A stretch of 64,000 bases of DNA, from the IMG/VR virus record IMGVR_UViG_3300047445_000186, positions 1-64,000 of that record, one strand, 5' to 3'. This document shows, one piece after another, positions 54,166 through 63,009 of the stretch. How positions within the stretch are numbered: position 1 is the first letter of the stretch; each line of letters starts with the position of its first letter. A program made the translations under genes and the position numbers. The notes under the pieces were generated by a model, which was not told the origin of the DNA, did no database searches, and was given only the letters and a program-made list of their open reading frames with translations.

Positions 54166-55565
54166 AGACGGCGCACATTTGGGTACGCGACGAAGTGTAC
54201 ATGACTGTCGCCGGCATTGAGCCGAGCGAGCACCAGTTCTTCTGGGTGAAGTACGGCATTGAGGTCGAAGGTTCGTTCTACATGCCAGCTCGCAAGCTCG
54301 GTCGCTGGGATGGCAAGCTTCGGTACTACGAGAAGACTGGGAAGGTCTTCCTGCGTTTCCTGGCCGACATCATTCCGTTCCTCGAGAAGTGGGGATACAC
54401 GGTCGAGCTCCATGATGAGCGTCGCCCAATGAAGCTCGTCGAAGGCCGTCTGCACAAGGACTGGTTCCAAGGGAAGTCACAGGTTCCGATCGAGATCCGA
54501 CCGTATCAAGTTGAAGCTGTGAATGCAGCGCTTGACGCAACATCTGGGTTCGTGATCGCGGCGACGGGTGCTGGCAAGACGATCATGGTTGCGGGTCTCT
54601 GTGACGTTGTCGGCTCTGAAGGGTTCCGCTCGATCACGATCGTTCCATCCGCCGACTTGGTTGAACAGACCTCAGCAACGTTCAAGCTGTGCAACATCGA
54701 GCATGGCACGTACTCTGGCGCGAAGAAAGAAATCTACGCACCACACGTGATCGCAACATGGCAATCGCTGCAGAACAATCCGCACGTGATGGAAGACTTT
54801 CAGGTCGCGATCGTTGACGAAGCGCATGGTGCGAAGGCGAACACGATTGGCGATCTGCTCACGAACCACGGGAAGCACATTGGTTATCGTTTCGGCTTCA
54901 CTGGAACATGGCCAAAGCCAGAGACCGATCAGTACACGCTGCGTGGAACGATTGGTGAGAAGCTCTTTGAGATCAGCGCAGCCGATCTGATTCAGATGGG
55001 TTACCTTGCGAATTTGGAAATTCAACCTGTTGAAATCCAAGAGAAGGTCGGCGAAGACTTCCCTGATTACGCATCTGAAAAGGCGTACACGTCGAAGAGC
55101 AAGGAGCGCCTCGAGTTCCTTGCTGACTTGGTGATCGCTCGTGCTGCAGAGCACGGGAACACTCTGGTCCTCGTGAACTCGATCAAGCAAGGTCAGCAGC
55201 TCCAGAAGCTCGTGAAAGATTCGATCTTCCTGTGTGGCTCAGATGAAACCGAAGTGCGAGCTGAATGGTACTCAACGTTCGATAAACGAGATGATCTGAT
55301 CGTCTTTGCGACAGCCGGAATTGCGTCCACGGGTATCTCGATCGATCGCGTGTTCCATCTGATGCTGATCGACTCGGGCAAGTCGTTCGTTCGCGCCATT
55401 CAGTCGATTGGCCGTGGTCTCCGCAAGGGCCGTGACAAGGACTTCGTGTACGTGACTGACGTTTACTCGTCGCTGAAGTGGGGCAAGAAGCATGCCAAGG
55501 AGCGCGCAAAGTTCTACAAGGAAGCGCACTATCCAATCAACAAGGTAATGAAAGCAAAACTGTAA
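54162..55565 (+). CDS. uvsW: SF2 DNA helicase
   Basis: WDGKLR, RPYQ, ATGAGKT, VDEAH, GFTGT, IQSIGRGLR. Confidence 0.92.
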   Translation: MKTAHIWVRDEVYMTVAGIEPSEHQFFWVKYGIEVEGSFYMPARKLGRWDGKLRYYEKTGKVFLRFLADIIPFLEKWGYTVELHDERRPMKLVEGRLHKDWFQGKSQVPIEIRPYQVEAVNAALDATSGFVIAATGAGKTIMVAGLCDVVGSEGFRSITIVPSADLVEQTSATFKLCNIEHGTYSGAKKEIYAPHVIATWQSLQNNPHVMEDFQVAIVDEAHGAKANTIGDLLTNHGKHIGYRFGFTGTWPKPETDQYTLRGTIGEKLFEISAADLIQMGYLANLEIQPVEIQEKVGEDFPDYASEKAYTSKSKERLEFLADLVIARAAEHGNTLVLVNSIKQGQQLQKLVKDSIFLCGSDETEVRAEWYSTFDKRDDLIVFATAGIASTGISIDRVFHLMLIDSGKSFVRAIQSIGRGLRKGRDKDFVYVTDVYSSLKWGKKHAKERAKFYKEAHYPINKVMKAKL

Positions 55566-55738
55566 TGGACCAAAATATTATTCACCACATTTTGAACACA
55601 TTTGACGAGGTGAAGGATGCGAGCAATGGCCGTCGTTTGAAGCTCAGTGATGAGGTTATCGCCACACTAACATCTGCAGCGATAATTCGAGAAACATATG
55701 GGTGGTATGAAGAACGTGACAACAATCGTGGTGCATAA
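55565..55738 (+). CDS. hypothetical protein
   Basis: 57 aa, TAATG couplings on both sides. Confidence 0.55.
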   Translation: MDQNIIHHILNTFDEVKDASNGRRLKLSDEVIATLTSAAIIRETYGWYEERDNNRGA

Positions 55739-56112
55739 TGCGAGCTAAAATTCTTGAACTGAACGTGCCGAACAAGAACGGCCGCATTTACACGACTGAG
55801 GCTGTCCAGGCCGCGATCGAGCAGACCAAGGGCCGTGACATCTTCGGCTCCATTGGATATCCCGATGACTTCAATGGCACGGTCAATCTGGAACGTGTCT
55901 CGCACCGCGCTGTGAATATCCGCATCGAAGACGGTGACGTGTTCGCTGACATCAAGATCATGAACACCCCGAACGGGAAGATCTTGAAGCAACTCGAAGG
56001 CGCTGATGTTCCTCTCCATTTCCGACCAGCCGGCTTTGCGAACATCGCAGCAGACGGCACGGTTTCCGATTACCAAATTATCAGCATCGATGTGGTGCAT
56101 GACCCAGCATGA
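55738..56112 (+). CDS. prohead protease paralog lacking catalytic residues
   Basis: NKNGRIY, VSH, NTPNG, IDVV..P align to 5877-6485; ELNH->SIGY and SSRG->RPAG. Confidence 0.8.
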   Translation: MRAKILELNVPNKNGRIYTTEAVQAAIEQTKGRDIFGSIGYPDDFNGTVNLERVSHRAVNIRIEDGDVFADIKIMNTPNGKILKQLEGADVPLHFRPAGFANIAADGTVSDYQIISIDVVHDPA

Positions 56113-56333
56113 CAGCTGATGAATTCTTTGAATGCCGGCCTGGCGATACGGTTCGCCTGAACTGTGAACTCTGGTTCGGCAACGGACATGATAAAGAGAA
56201 GACGGTTCTTGTAGAAAGTACTCCATTCACGGTTATCCGAGGACACCTCGGCTTTTACAACTATTACCTGTACGTCGAGACCGAAGACAAGGTTCCGTAC
56301 AAACTGCAATATCAATCTTTGGAACGCGTATGA
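56109..56333 (+). CDS. hypothetical protein
   Basis: 74 aa. Confidence 0.6.
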   Translation: MTADEFFECRPGDTVRLNCELWFGNGHDKEKTVLVESTPFTVIRGHLGFYNYYLYVETEDKVPYKLQYQSLERV

Positions 56334-56845
56334 TTATTCTGAACGAAGTAAACCGACCTTACATGGTCGACTCCCTGACCGCTCCACTGCCACAAGGTTC
56401 GCGCTTCCACTGGATCTTCAGTGGCCAGCAGCGTGACTTCACACTGAGCGACATCACGTACCTCGAGGAAACCGTCGGACCGACCGTGACTCTGATTATC
56501 GCTGGCGCCGAAGTCCGCGTTCCGGGTGCCTGGAACATCCTGATCGTTGACAGCGAGACGTACACGATCGATGCCGTGCCAGTTACCGCTTGCGCAGCAT
56601 TCGAACACCTCGCGTTCGTGTTCTCTCCAGACGACGGGAAGCTGATCACTGAGCCGATCCGTGCCAGCGGCTGGGAACCGAATAGTTCGTGCATCTACCC
56701 GGCCGTTGAAAAGGCGAACGCGGTTGTGCATGCTATTACTCCTGGCACGAGCCATGGAAAACAAGTGCAACGGGGTGTAATCGTTGGTCCGAATGACCTC
56801 TGGCGCTACATTTCTGGATGTACCGTGGGCGATATTCTCGGGTAA
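56330..56845 (+). CDS. conserved jumbo-phage hypothetical protein
   Basis: 171 aa; DFT..ITYLEE..P.V.L.I.G..V.VP..WNILI. Confidence 0.65.
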   Translation: MIILNEVNRPYMVDSLTAPLPQGSRFHWIFSGQQRDFTLSDITYLEETVGPTVTLIIAGAEVRVPGAWNILIVDSETYTIDAVPVTACAAFEHLAFVFSPDDGKLITEPIRASGWEPNSSCIYPAVEKANAVVHAITPGTSHGKQVQRGVIVGPNDLWRYISGCTVGDILG

Positions 56846-56895
56846 AGAAACTGTTCGTTTCCCAGAACGATCCAATTTCATTGAGCTGCCGTCTG

Positions 56896-56901
56896 TAAAT
56901 A
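56896..56901 (+). promoter_or_regulatory. late promoter TAAATA
   Basis: upstream of endolysin. Confidence 0.6.
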
Positions 56902-56925
56902 CCTCCCACATACAGGAGATTACAG

Positions 56926-57495
56926 ATGGCCTTGAAACGAGAAGACTGCCTTGATGATGCGCAGCAAATTGGATGTGAAGTAGAGGCCGTTATGGCCGTG
57001 GCGGCAGTGGAATCGCGTGGAGGCGGCTTCGATCCAGAAGGCTTCCCTAAGACCTTGTTTGAAGGTCAGTGGTTCTACAAGTTTACCAAGGGTAAGTTCG
57101 CAGAGTCACATCCAAATCTGTGCTTCCCTAAATGGGATAAGAAGTCGTACGGCAAGACGTGGCAAGAAGAGAAGGCTCGCCTCGCTACTGCTTGCACACT
57201 GGACCGTACCGCTGCGCTGATGTCCGCATCGTGGGGCATGTTCCAAATCATGGGTTTCAATTTCGCAACTTGCGGCTTCAAGACTGTCCAGCAGTACGTG
57301 TCCGCAGTTTGCAAGGACGAGAACGAGCAACTCGCTGCGTTCACTCAATTCATCATTCACTCCCGCTTGGATGATGAGCTGCGCGAAAAGCGCTGGGCAG
57401 ACTTTGCCCGCCTGTACAACGGTTCGGGTTACGCCCAGAACCAGTACGACGTGAAACTTGCGAAGGCCTACGAACAGGCCAAGAAGCAAGCTTAA
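56926..57495 (+). CDS. endolysin, N-acetylmuramidase (DUF3380-type)
   Basis: AVAAVESRGGGF, LFEGQWF, SASWGMFQIMGFN, FARLYNG..Y..N.YD.KL. Confidence 0.88.
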   Translation: MALKREDCLDDAQQIGCEVEAVMAVAAVESRGGGFDPEGFPKTLFEGQWFYKFTKGKFAESHPNLCFPKWDKKSYGKTWQEEKARLATACTLDRTAALMSASWGMFQIMGFNFATCGFKTVQQYVSAVCKDENEQLAAFTQFIIHSRLDDELREKRWADFARLYNGSGYAQNQYDVKLAKAYEQAKKQA

Positions 57496-57591
57496 CACAA
57501 AACACAATCCCGAATATTTCGTACCTGTAACGGGGACGCGCGCAAGCACGTCCCTTGTTACAATTGTCTCTATTGGTTACAGTTCAAAAGA

Positions 57592-59883
57592 ATGATTACT
57601 CACATTGAAAAGCGTAATGGCACGCAAGAAGATTTCTCACCTGCTAAGGTGAATGGTTGGGGTTCGTGGGCGTCAAAAACGCTTGGTTCGCATGTTGACT
57701 GGGCGAGCGTGGTCCTTGAGACCGTGAATCAGTGCCCAGCAGTCTGCACGTCGCTGCAGCTTCAGGAAACTCTGATCAACGTCTGCCTGAACAAGAAGAC
57801 TTGGGAATACAACCGGATGGCCGGTCGTCTGTACTCTTCGTTGCTCGATCGCATTCTCTATCCAGAAGGCCGCCCAACTGTTCAGGCTTTGCACAAGGAA
57901 CTCCTTGACGTCGGCATGATGGTCAAGCTCGATTACTCGGATGACGAGTACGCGCTCATTGAGAAGATCATCGATCACAAGACGAATCTGAAGTACCCAC
58001 ACTACCAGATCAATCAGATCCGTTTCAAGTACGCGCTGCGGAACAAGCAAAAGGGCGGCAAGGAATACGAGACTCCTCAGTTCGTTTACATGCGGATGGC
58101 GATGGCCCTCGCAGAGAACGAGCCGAAGGCCGAGCGTCTGATCCACGTCCAAAAGTGGTACGAGCATTTCAGCAACAATCGGATCAACCCACCGACTCCG
58201 AACTTCGTGAACCTCGGTACGCGTCTGAACGGGTATGCTTCGTGCTGCTTGTACACGACGGACGACACGGCTCCTTCGCTCGCTGCTGGTGATCACATCG
58301 CGTACATGATGACCGTGATGTCGGCTGGTATCGGTACGCACATCAAGACTCGTTCGCTCGGCGATCCGATTCGTGGTGGTCTGATTCAGCATCAGGGGAA
58401 GCTCCCGTACTACAAGGCGATGGTTGGCGCGATCGGCGCGAATCTGCAAAATGGCCGTGGTGGTGCTTCAACCGTGTACTACACGGCGTACGACCCAGAA
58501 GTCGAAGTGATCCAGAAGCTGCGCCATCCAATGACGCCAGCGAACAAGGCGATCAAGGGCTGCCATTACAACTTCGGTTCGAACAAGTTCCTGGCCCGCA
58601 AGGTCGCTCGGAAAGAAACGTTCGCTCCGTTCTCGTACGCTGATCAACCTGCTCTGTACAACGCACAATATGCGAAAGACCAGACAATCTTCGAACGTCT
58701 GTACACCGAGTACGAAAAGAACGCGAAGGTTTTCCTGAACGCTCGTGAAGTTGTTCTCGGTGCTCTGACCCAAGCGTACGAAACTGGCGTGCAGTACATG
58801 CACCAGACCGACACGATGAATCAACACACTCCTTTCAAGGATGTGATTCACTCGTCGAATCTCTGTGCAGAAATCGGCATTCCTACTTCGGCGTTCGAGA
58901 GCGTTGCCGCTCTGTACAAGGACGTGTACGAAGAAGGTGATGGCGAAATCGGTCTGTGCAGCCTTGGTGGTGCAATCGTTTCGAACATCGACTCCGATGC
59001 GCAGTACGCTGAAGTTGCGTACTACACGTTGAAGATGATTGACGTGTGTATCCACAAATCAGATTACGTGTTCCCGAATCTGAAGCACACCGCTCAAGCT
59101 CGCCTGTCCGCTGGTGTTGGTATCCTCGGTCTCGCGCATCTGATGGCAAAGGAAGGTCTGACGTACGACTCGCAAGAAGGTCGGAACTTCATCCATGAGC
59201 TGTACGAAACGCACATGTTCCACTTGGTGAGCGCATCGCTGCGTCTCGGCAAGGAACTCGGGAATGCGCCATGGATGCACAAGACCCGTTGGCCTGAAGG
59301 TTGGTTGCCAATCGACACGTACGAAAAGCGCGTTGACGAACTCGTGACCGTGCCGAACAAGCGTGATTGGGAAACTCTCCGCGGCAAGGTCATTGCGAAC
59401 GGTGGTATCCGTAATTCGGTTCTGGCAGCTCACATGCCTGGCGAATCTTCGACGATCGCTGCTGGTACAACGAACGGTCCTTACCCGATCCGCGAGCTGT
59501 ACATCATGAAGACGAATGACACGCAAGTGAATCATTGGGTCGCTCCTGACAGCACGCGTCTCGCGAAGAAGTACCAATCGGCTTGGGACGTCTCGACGAC
59601 TGACATGATCAAGGTTTACGCGATCATGCAGAAGTGGACCGATCAAGGTATCTCCGCTGACTTGTTCGTGAAGCTCATTGGCGATCAGAAGATCAGCTCG
59701 ACCGAGATCATCAACGACTACCTGAACATCGTGAAGTACGGCATGAAAACCCGGTACTACGTGAACAGCTTGACAAGTGACGGCATTGACCTGAACAAGT
59801 CCGAAAACGCAGTGACACAAGCTCCAGTCGCTGCACAAGAACCAGAGCAAGACGAAGCGTACTGCGAGTCTTGCGCACTTTAA
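57592..59883 (+). CDS. nrdA: ribonucleotide reductase class Ia alpha subunit
   Basis: ATP-cone IEKRNG, TPN..N, SCCL, SSNLCAEI, LCSLG, HMPGESS, KTRYY, C-terminal CESC. Confidence 0.95.
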   Translation: MITHIEKRNGTQEDFSPAKVNGWGSWASKTLGSHVDWASVVLETVNQCPAVCTSLQLQETLINVCLNKKTWEYNRMAGRLYSSLLDRILYPEGRPTVQALHKELLDVGMMVKLDYSDDEYALIEKIIDHKTNLKYPHYQINQIRFKYALRNKQKGGKEYETPQFVYMRMAMALAENEPKAERLIHVQKWYEHFSNNRINPPTPNFVNLGTRLNGYASCCLYTTDDTAPSLAAGDHIAYMMTVMSAGIGTHIKTRSLGDPIRGGLIQHQGKLPYYKAMVGAIGANLQNGRGGASTVYYTAYDPEVEVIQKLRHPMTPANKAIKGCHYNFGSNKFLARKVARKETFAPFSYADQPALYNAQYAKDQTIFERLYTEYEKNAKVFLNAREVVLGALTQAYETGVQYMHQTDTMNQHTPFKDVIHSSNLCAEIGIPTSAFESVAALYKDVYEEGDGEIGLCSLGGAIVSNIDSDAQYAEVAYYTLKMIDVCIHKSDYVFPNLKHTAQARLSAGVGILGLAHLMAKEGLTYDSQEGRNFIHELYETHMFHLVSASLRLGKELGNAPWMHKTRWPEGWLPIDTYEKRVDELVTVPNKRDWETLRGKVIANGGIRNSVLAAHMPGESSTIAAGTTNGPYPIRELYIMKTNDTQVNHWVAPDSTRLAKKYQSAWDVSTTDMIKVYAIMQKWTDQGISADLFVKLIGDQKISSTEIINDYLNIVKYGMKTRYYVNSLTSDGIDLNKSENAVTQAPVAAQEPEQDEAYCESCAL

Positions 59884-59889
59884 TTTCAC

Positions 59890-60990
59890 ATGACCTCCAA
59901 AGTTTTTAATACACTGAAGACGGCCGAGGAATACAGGGCGAAGGCGCCCTTGTTCTTCGGTCCAGACCCTGGCTTGTTCGATACAGTGAACAAGCACTAC
60001 CCAAAGATCTGGACGATCTACAAGACCATGAAGTCGCTTGACTGGTCTGAAGACGAATTCGATTACACCCAGTGCCGTCTGGATTTCCAGAACTGCCCGA
60101 AGTCGGTGTACGACATGATGATCCGAACTCTCGCATGGCAGTGGGAAGCTGACTCGATCGCCTCGCGTTCGATCGCTCCTCTGATGGCACCGTTCATCTC
60201 TGACAGCTCGCTCTGGGCAGCATGGCAACGGATCTCCGACAACGAGGTCGTGCACGCCGCGACGTACTCTGAAATCGTTCGTATGTCGTTCGATGACGGT
60301 GAGAAGGTCATGGCTGACGTGCTTGCCGTAAAAGAAAGCATTGAGCGTCTTGATGCAGTTCACGCTGTGTTCAAGGACCTGCATAACGCTTCGCACGAGT
60401 ACGCACTTGGTCGGATGACGATCGATGAAGCGTACGACTGCGTGTTCATGGCTGTTGTGGCTCTGTTGTTCCTCGAGCGCGTGCAGTTCATGGCATCGTT
60501 CGCGATCACGTTCACAATCTGCTCGTCGAATTTCTTCCAGCCAATCGGCAAGGCCGTGCAGAAGATCGCTCAAGACGAACTGGAAGTGCACGTTGAGCTC
60601 GACAAGGAAGTCCTTCGGGTTGAGCTCGCGACCGAGCGTGGTCAGGCCGCGTACAAGAGACTGAAGCCAAGGATCAAGGCCCTTGGGGATGCTGTGATCC
60701 AGACGGAACTGGACTGGACCGATTACGCGTTCTCAGAAGGACGTGAACTGGTCGGGACGAACGTGAAGCTCGTAAAGAACTTCGTGCTTTACAATGCTAG
60801 AGATCCATACGAATTTCTCGACATTGAAAGTGATCACAAGTTCCCGAAGACAAATCCAATGCCTCACATCGAGGACTGGATCAACATCGGGAAATCCCAA
60901 GCTGCTCCTCAAGAGCAGGACAACAACCAGTACAAGGTCGGCGCGATCGTTCGCGATGACGACGCTGTTGACTTTGATGTTGACTTCTAA
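59890..60990 (+). CDS. nrdB: ribonucleotide reductase beta subunit
   Basis: WSEDEF, EVVHAATY (radical Tyr), LERVQFMASF, DELEVH. Confidence 0.93.
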   Translation: MTSKVFNTLKTAEEYRAKAPLFFGPDPGLFDTVNKHYPKIWTIYKTMKSLDWSEDEFDYTQCRLDFQNCPKSVYDMMIRTLAWQWEADSIASRSIAPLMAPFISDSSLWAAWQRISDNEVVHAATYSEIVRMSFDDGEKVMADVLAVKESIERLDAVHAVFKDLHNASHEYALGRMTIDEAYDCVFMAVVALLFLERVQFMASFAITFTICSSNFFQPIGKAVQKIAQDELEVHVELDKEVLRVELATERGQAAYKRLKPRIKALGDAVIQTELDWTDYAFSEGRELVGTNVKLVKNFVLYNARDPYEFLDIESDHKFPKTNPMPHIEDWINIGKSQAAPQEQDNNQYKVGAIVRDDDAVDFDVDF

Positions 60991-60993
60991 TCC

Positions 60994-61542
60994 ATGACTG
61001 CCACAATCAATTCCCTCGGCCTCCCCGGCTTCACCGCTCTCGCGATCAGCGAAACCGCCCCTGGCGCAAAGATGACACGGAAATTCACCGTGAAGTTCTC
61101 TTGCGCTCTCGTTGGCGGTGATCGCAAAGAACGCGTTCTGATCAACGATCTGAGCACGCAAGTTCTGTCGGTGAAGATCCCTTCGCTGACGTTCGCACCT
61201 CGCATTCCGTCTGGTGAGAATGGTTTCCACAACGTGAGCGTCACCGGCGATCTCGCGATCCGCTTCAAAGACGACACGCAGAATGTTTTCGCTCGTGCGC
61301 TCGACTTCTTCACCTCTGACGAAGTGATCGATCAAACGATTACCTTGATCAAGTCTGAAGGTGACGTCGCTCTCGAGGCATACAAGTACTCGTCGCTCCG
61401 TTTCAATCAGGTCGATCACTCGATGCTGGACTATACGGATAACAGCGTGCAATCGCGTACCCTTATCCTGACGCCCGCTATCGTCGCCACTGCGATCTTC
61501 ATGCCAGAAGATCTTGTCCTTGTGAAAGACATTGTTCTCTGA
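60994..61542 (+). CDS. diverged tail-tube-fold paralog
   Basis: collinear motif match to tail tube 31728-32321 (ATINSLGLPG, KMTRKFTVKF, VKIPSLTF, FKDD, LDY). Confidence 0.6.
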   Translation: MTATINSLGLPGFTALAISETAPGAKMTRKFTVKFSCALVGGDRKERVLINDLSTQVLSVKIPSLTFAPRIPSGENGFHNVSVTGDLAIRFKDDTQNVFARALDFFTSDEVIDQTITLIKSEGDVALEAYKYSSLRFNQVDHSMLDYTDNSVQSRTLILTPAIVATAIFMPEDLVLVKDIVL

Positions 61543-61787
61543 TGTTCACCGTTTACTCCAAGCCAGCTTGCCCGTTCTGCGATCAAGCGAAGAATCTCCT
61601 CGTGGCAAAGGAGCTTGAATTCAACGTCGTGAATCTTGACGTTGGTCAGCCAAAGTTCGAAGATCAAGCGTACATCTCGCGCGATGAGCTCTTGACGATC
61701 GTTCCAGGTGCTCGCACGATGCCGCAGATTCTGCAGGACGGCGTGCTGGTCGGTGGGTTCACCGAACTGAAGAAGCTGCTGTCGTGA
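61542..61787 (+). CDS. glutaredoxin
   Basis: YSKPACPFC, TMPQI, VGGFTEL. Confidence 0.92.
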   Translation: MFTVYSKPACPFCDQAKNLLVAKELEFNVVNLDVGQPKFEDQAYISRDELLTIVPGARTMPQILQDGVLVGGFTELKKLLS

Positions 61788-62209
61788 AACTCTTCGAGCT
61801 AAAGACGAGGGGAACAGGAACGTACGTTGCCATGGTCCCAACCGAAGGAACTGTTCACCTGCTCAAAGCTTGGGCAGTCCAGAATCAGGTCCCTCTGGCG
61901 AACGATCTGCACGTGACGCTCCTGTACTCACGGAACGCTCTGTATGTGAAACCTAACACCAAAGAAATTTCGGTGCAACCGGGTGGCTTTGAGCGGTTCG
62001 GAGAGGCGCTCGTACTGAAGCTCGAGAGTTCTGAGCTCCATCACCGCCATCGGGAGTTCATCTCCTATGGCGGGACGCACGACTTTGACGAGTACCGTCC
62101 GCACATGACCCTCTGCACGAGAGTCCTGTCGATCGACGAGACGAAGCTCAGTCCGATTACGTTCAGCCTGACGTTCCACAAGGAATACAACGAACCGCTT
62201 GACCTGTAA
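61784..62209 (+). CDS. 2H phosphoesterase, Acb1/T4 57B-like
   Basis: LHVTLLYSR and YRPHMTL HxT motifs. Confidence 0.8.
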   Translation: MKLFELKTRGTGTYVAMVPTEGTVHLLKAWAVQNQVPLANDLHVTLLYSRNALYVKPNTKEISVQPGGFERFGEALVLKLESSELHHRHREFISYGGTHDFDEYRPHMTLCTRVLSIDETKLSPITFSLTFHKEYNEPLDL

Positions 62210-62243
62210 TGTGTTATGATGCTCATCCACAACGGAGAAAACC

Positions 62244-62402
62244 ATGGATGAGTACATCGTGAATTTCAGTATCAAGGTCGACGACAAGGCGACTGCCGAA
62301 GAACTGCAGAATCTCGTGAAGCAATTCATCTCTGAGAAAGCGCAGTTCGAACTCGGCCTCGAACTCGATGATCACATGAGTACGTCGATAGTGCGAGTTT
62401 AG
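62244..62402 (+). CDS. hypothetical protein
   Basis: 52 aa MDEYIVNFSIKVDD..., GGAGA RBS. Confidence 0.6.
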   Translation: MDEYIVNFSIKVDDKATAEELQNLVKQFISEKAQFELGLELDDHMSTSIVRV

Positions 62403-62424
62403 AGGCATTAGGTGACAGATAGCG

Positions 62425-62450
62425 GAGGACCTTAGGGTCCTCTTTTCGTT
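62425..62450 (+). terminator. intrinsic terminator
   Basis: GAGGACC-TTAG-GGTCCTC-TTTT. Confidence 0.75.
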
Positions 62451-62469
62451 TCCGGAGCCAGCGCAGCCC

Positions 62470-62475
62470 TAAATA
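62470..62475 (+). promoter_or_regulatory. late promoter TAAATA
   Basis: upstream of membrane protein. Confidence 0.6.
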
Positions 62476-62499
62476 TCAGGTTCACACAAGGAGAAAGAT

Positions 62500-62877
62500 A
62501 TGGACAAGCTGGCAACTGTAATCGAAGTCTTTGGCTTCAACATCAGCCTGATGAACGCGACGATCTTCATCGTCCTGATCGGCATGCTGATGCTCTTCCG
62601 TCGTATTCAAGCATCTGAGAAGCTCGACTTCGCGGACATGATCACCAAGGACGGGCGTGCTGTTTCCCTGACGAAGGTTCTGCAGCTCATTGGTGGTATC
62701 ACCGCCACATGGGTGATCGTGAAGCTCACACTTGCAGGTGGTCTGAACGAGGGCCTGTTCGGCGTGTACCTCGCGTACGTAGGCGCGATCGAAGGTTATA
62801 GCAAGTTCGTAGCTGCAAAGTACGGCTACACCGAGAAGTCGATCAAGGACGCTGATCAAGCGGCCAAGACAGAGTAA
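62500..62877 (+). CDS. putative holin-like membrane protein
   Basis: three hydrophobic segments, late promoter, charged C-terminus. Confidence 0.5.
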   Translation: MDKLATVIEVFGFNISLMNATIFIVLIGMLMLFRRIQASEKLDFADMITKDGRAVSLTKVLQLIGGITATWVIVKLTLAGGLNEGLFGVYLAYVGAIEGYSKFVAAKYGYTEKSIKDADQAAKTE

Positions 62878-63009
62878 TCTCTGTACACGCGGCCAGTGCA
62901 ATGCTGGCCGCGTTCTGTTACAAGTCCGGCGATCGTTACAGATTCGTTTACACGAACCTCGGGATCGATATAGAATTCACCTATCGACAAACAAACGTAG
63001 GAGCTGAAT

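Noticed and set aside
56330-56845. Possible Hint/intein-like fold
   Set aside because: No splice-junction residues are identifiable; cannot be supported without a structure search.
57496-57591. NrdR box upstream of nrdA
   Set aside because: No convincing match; only GTTACA/TGTAAC boxes are present.
57592-60990. Introns or inteins in nrdA/nrdB (also terminase, uvsW, portal)
   Set aside because: The ORFs are uninterrupted, of normal length and without intein splice motifs.
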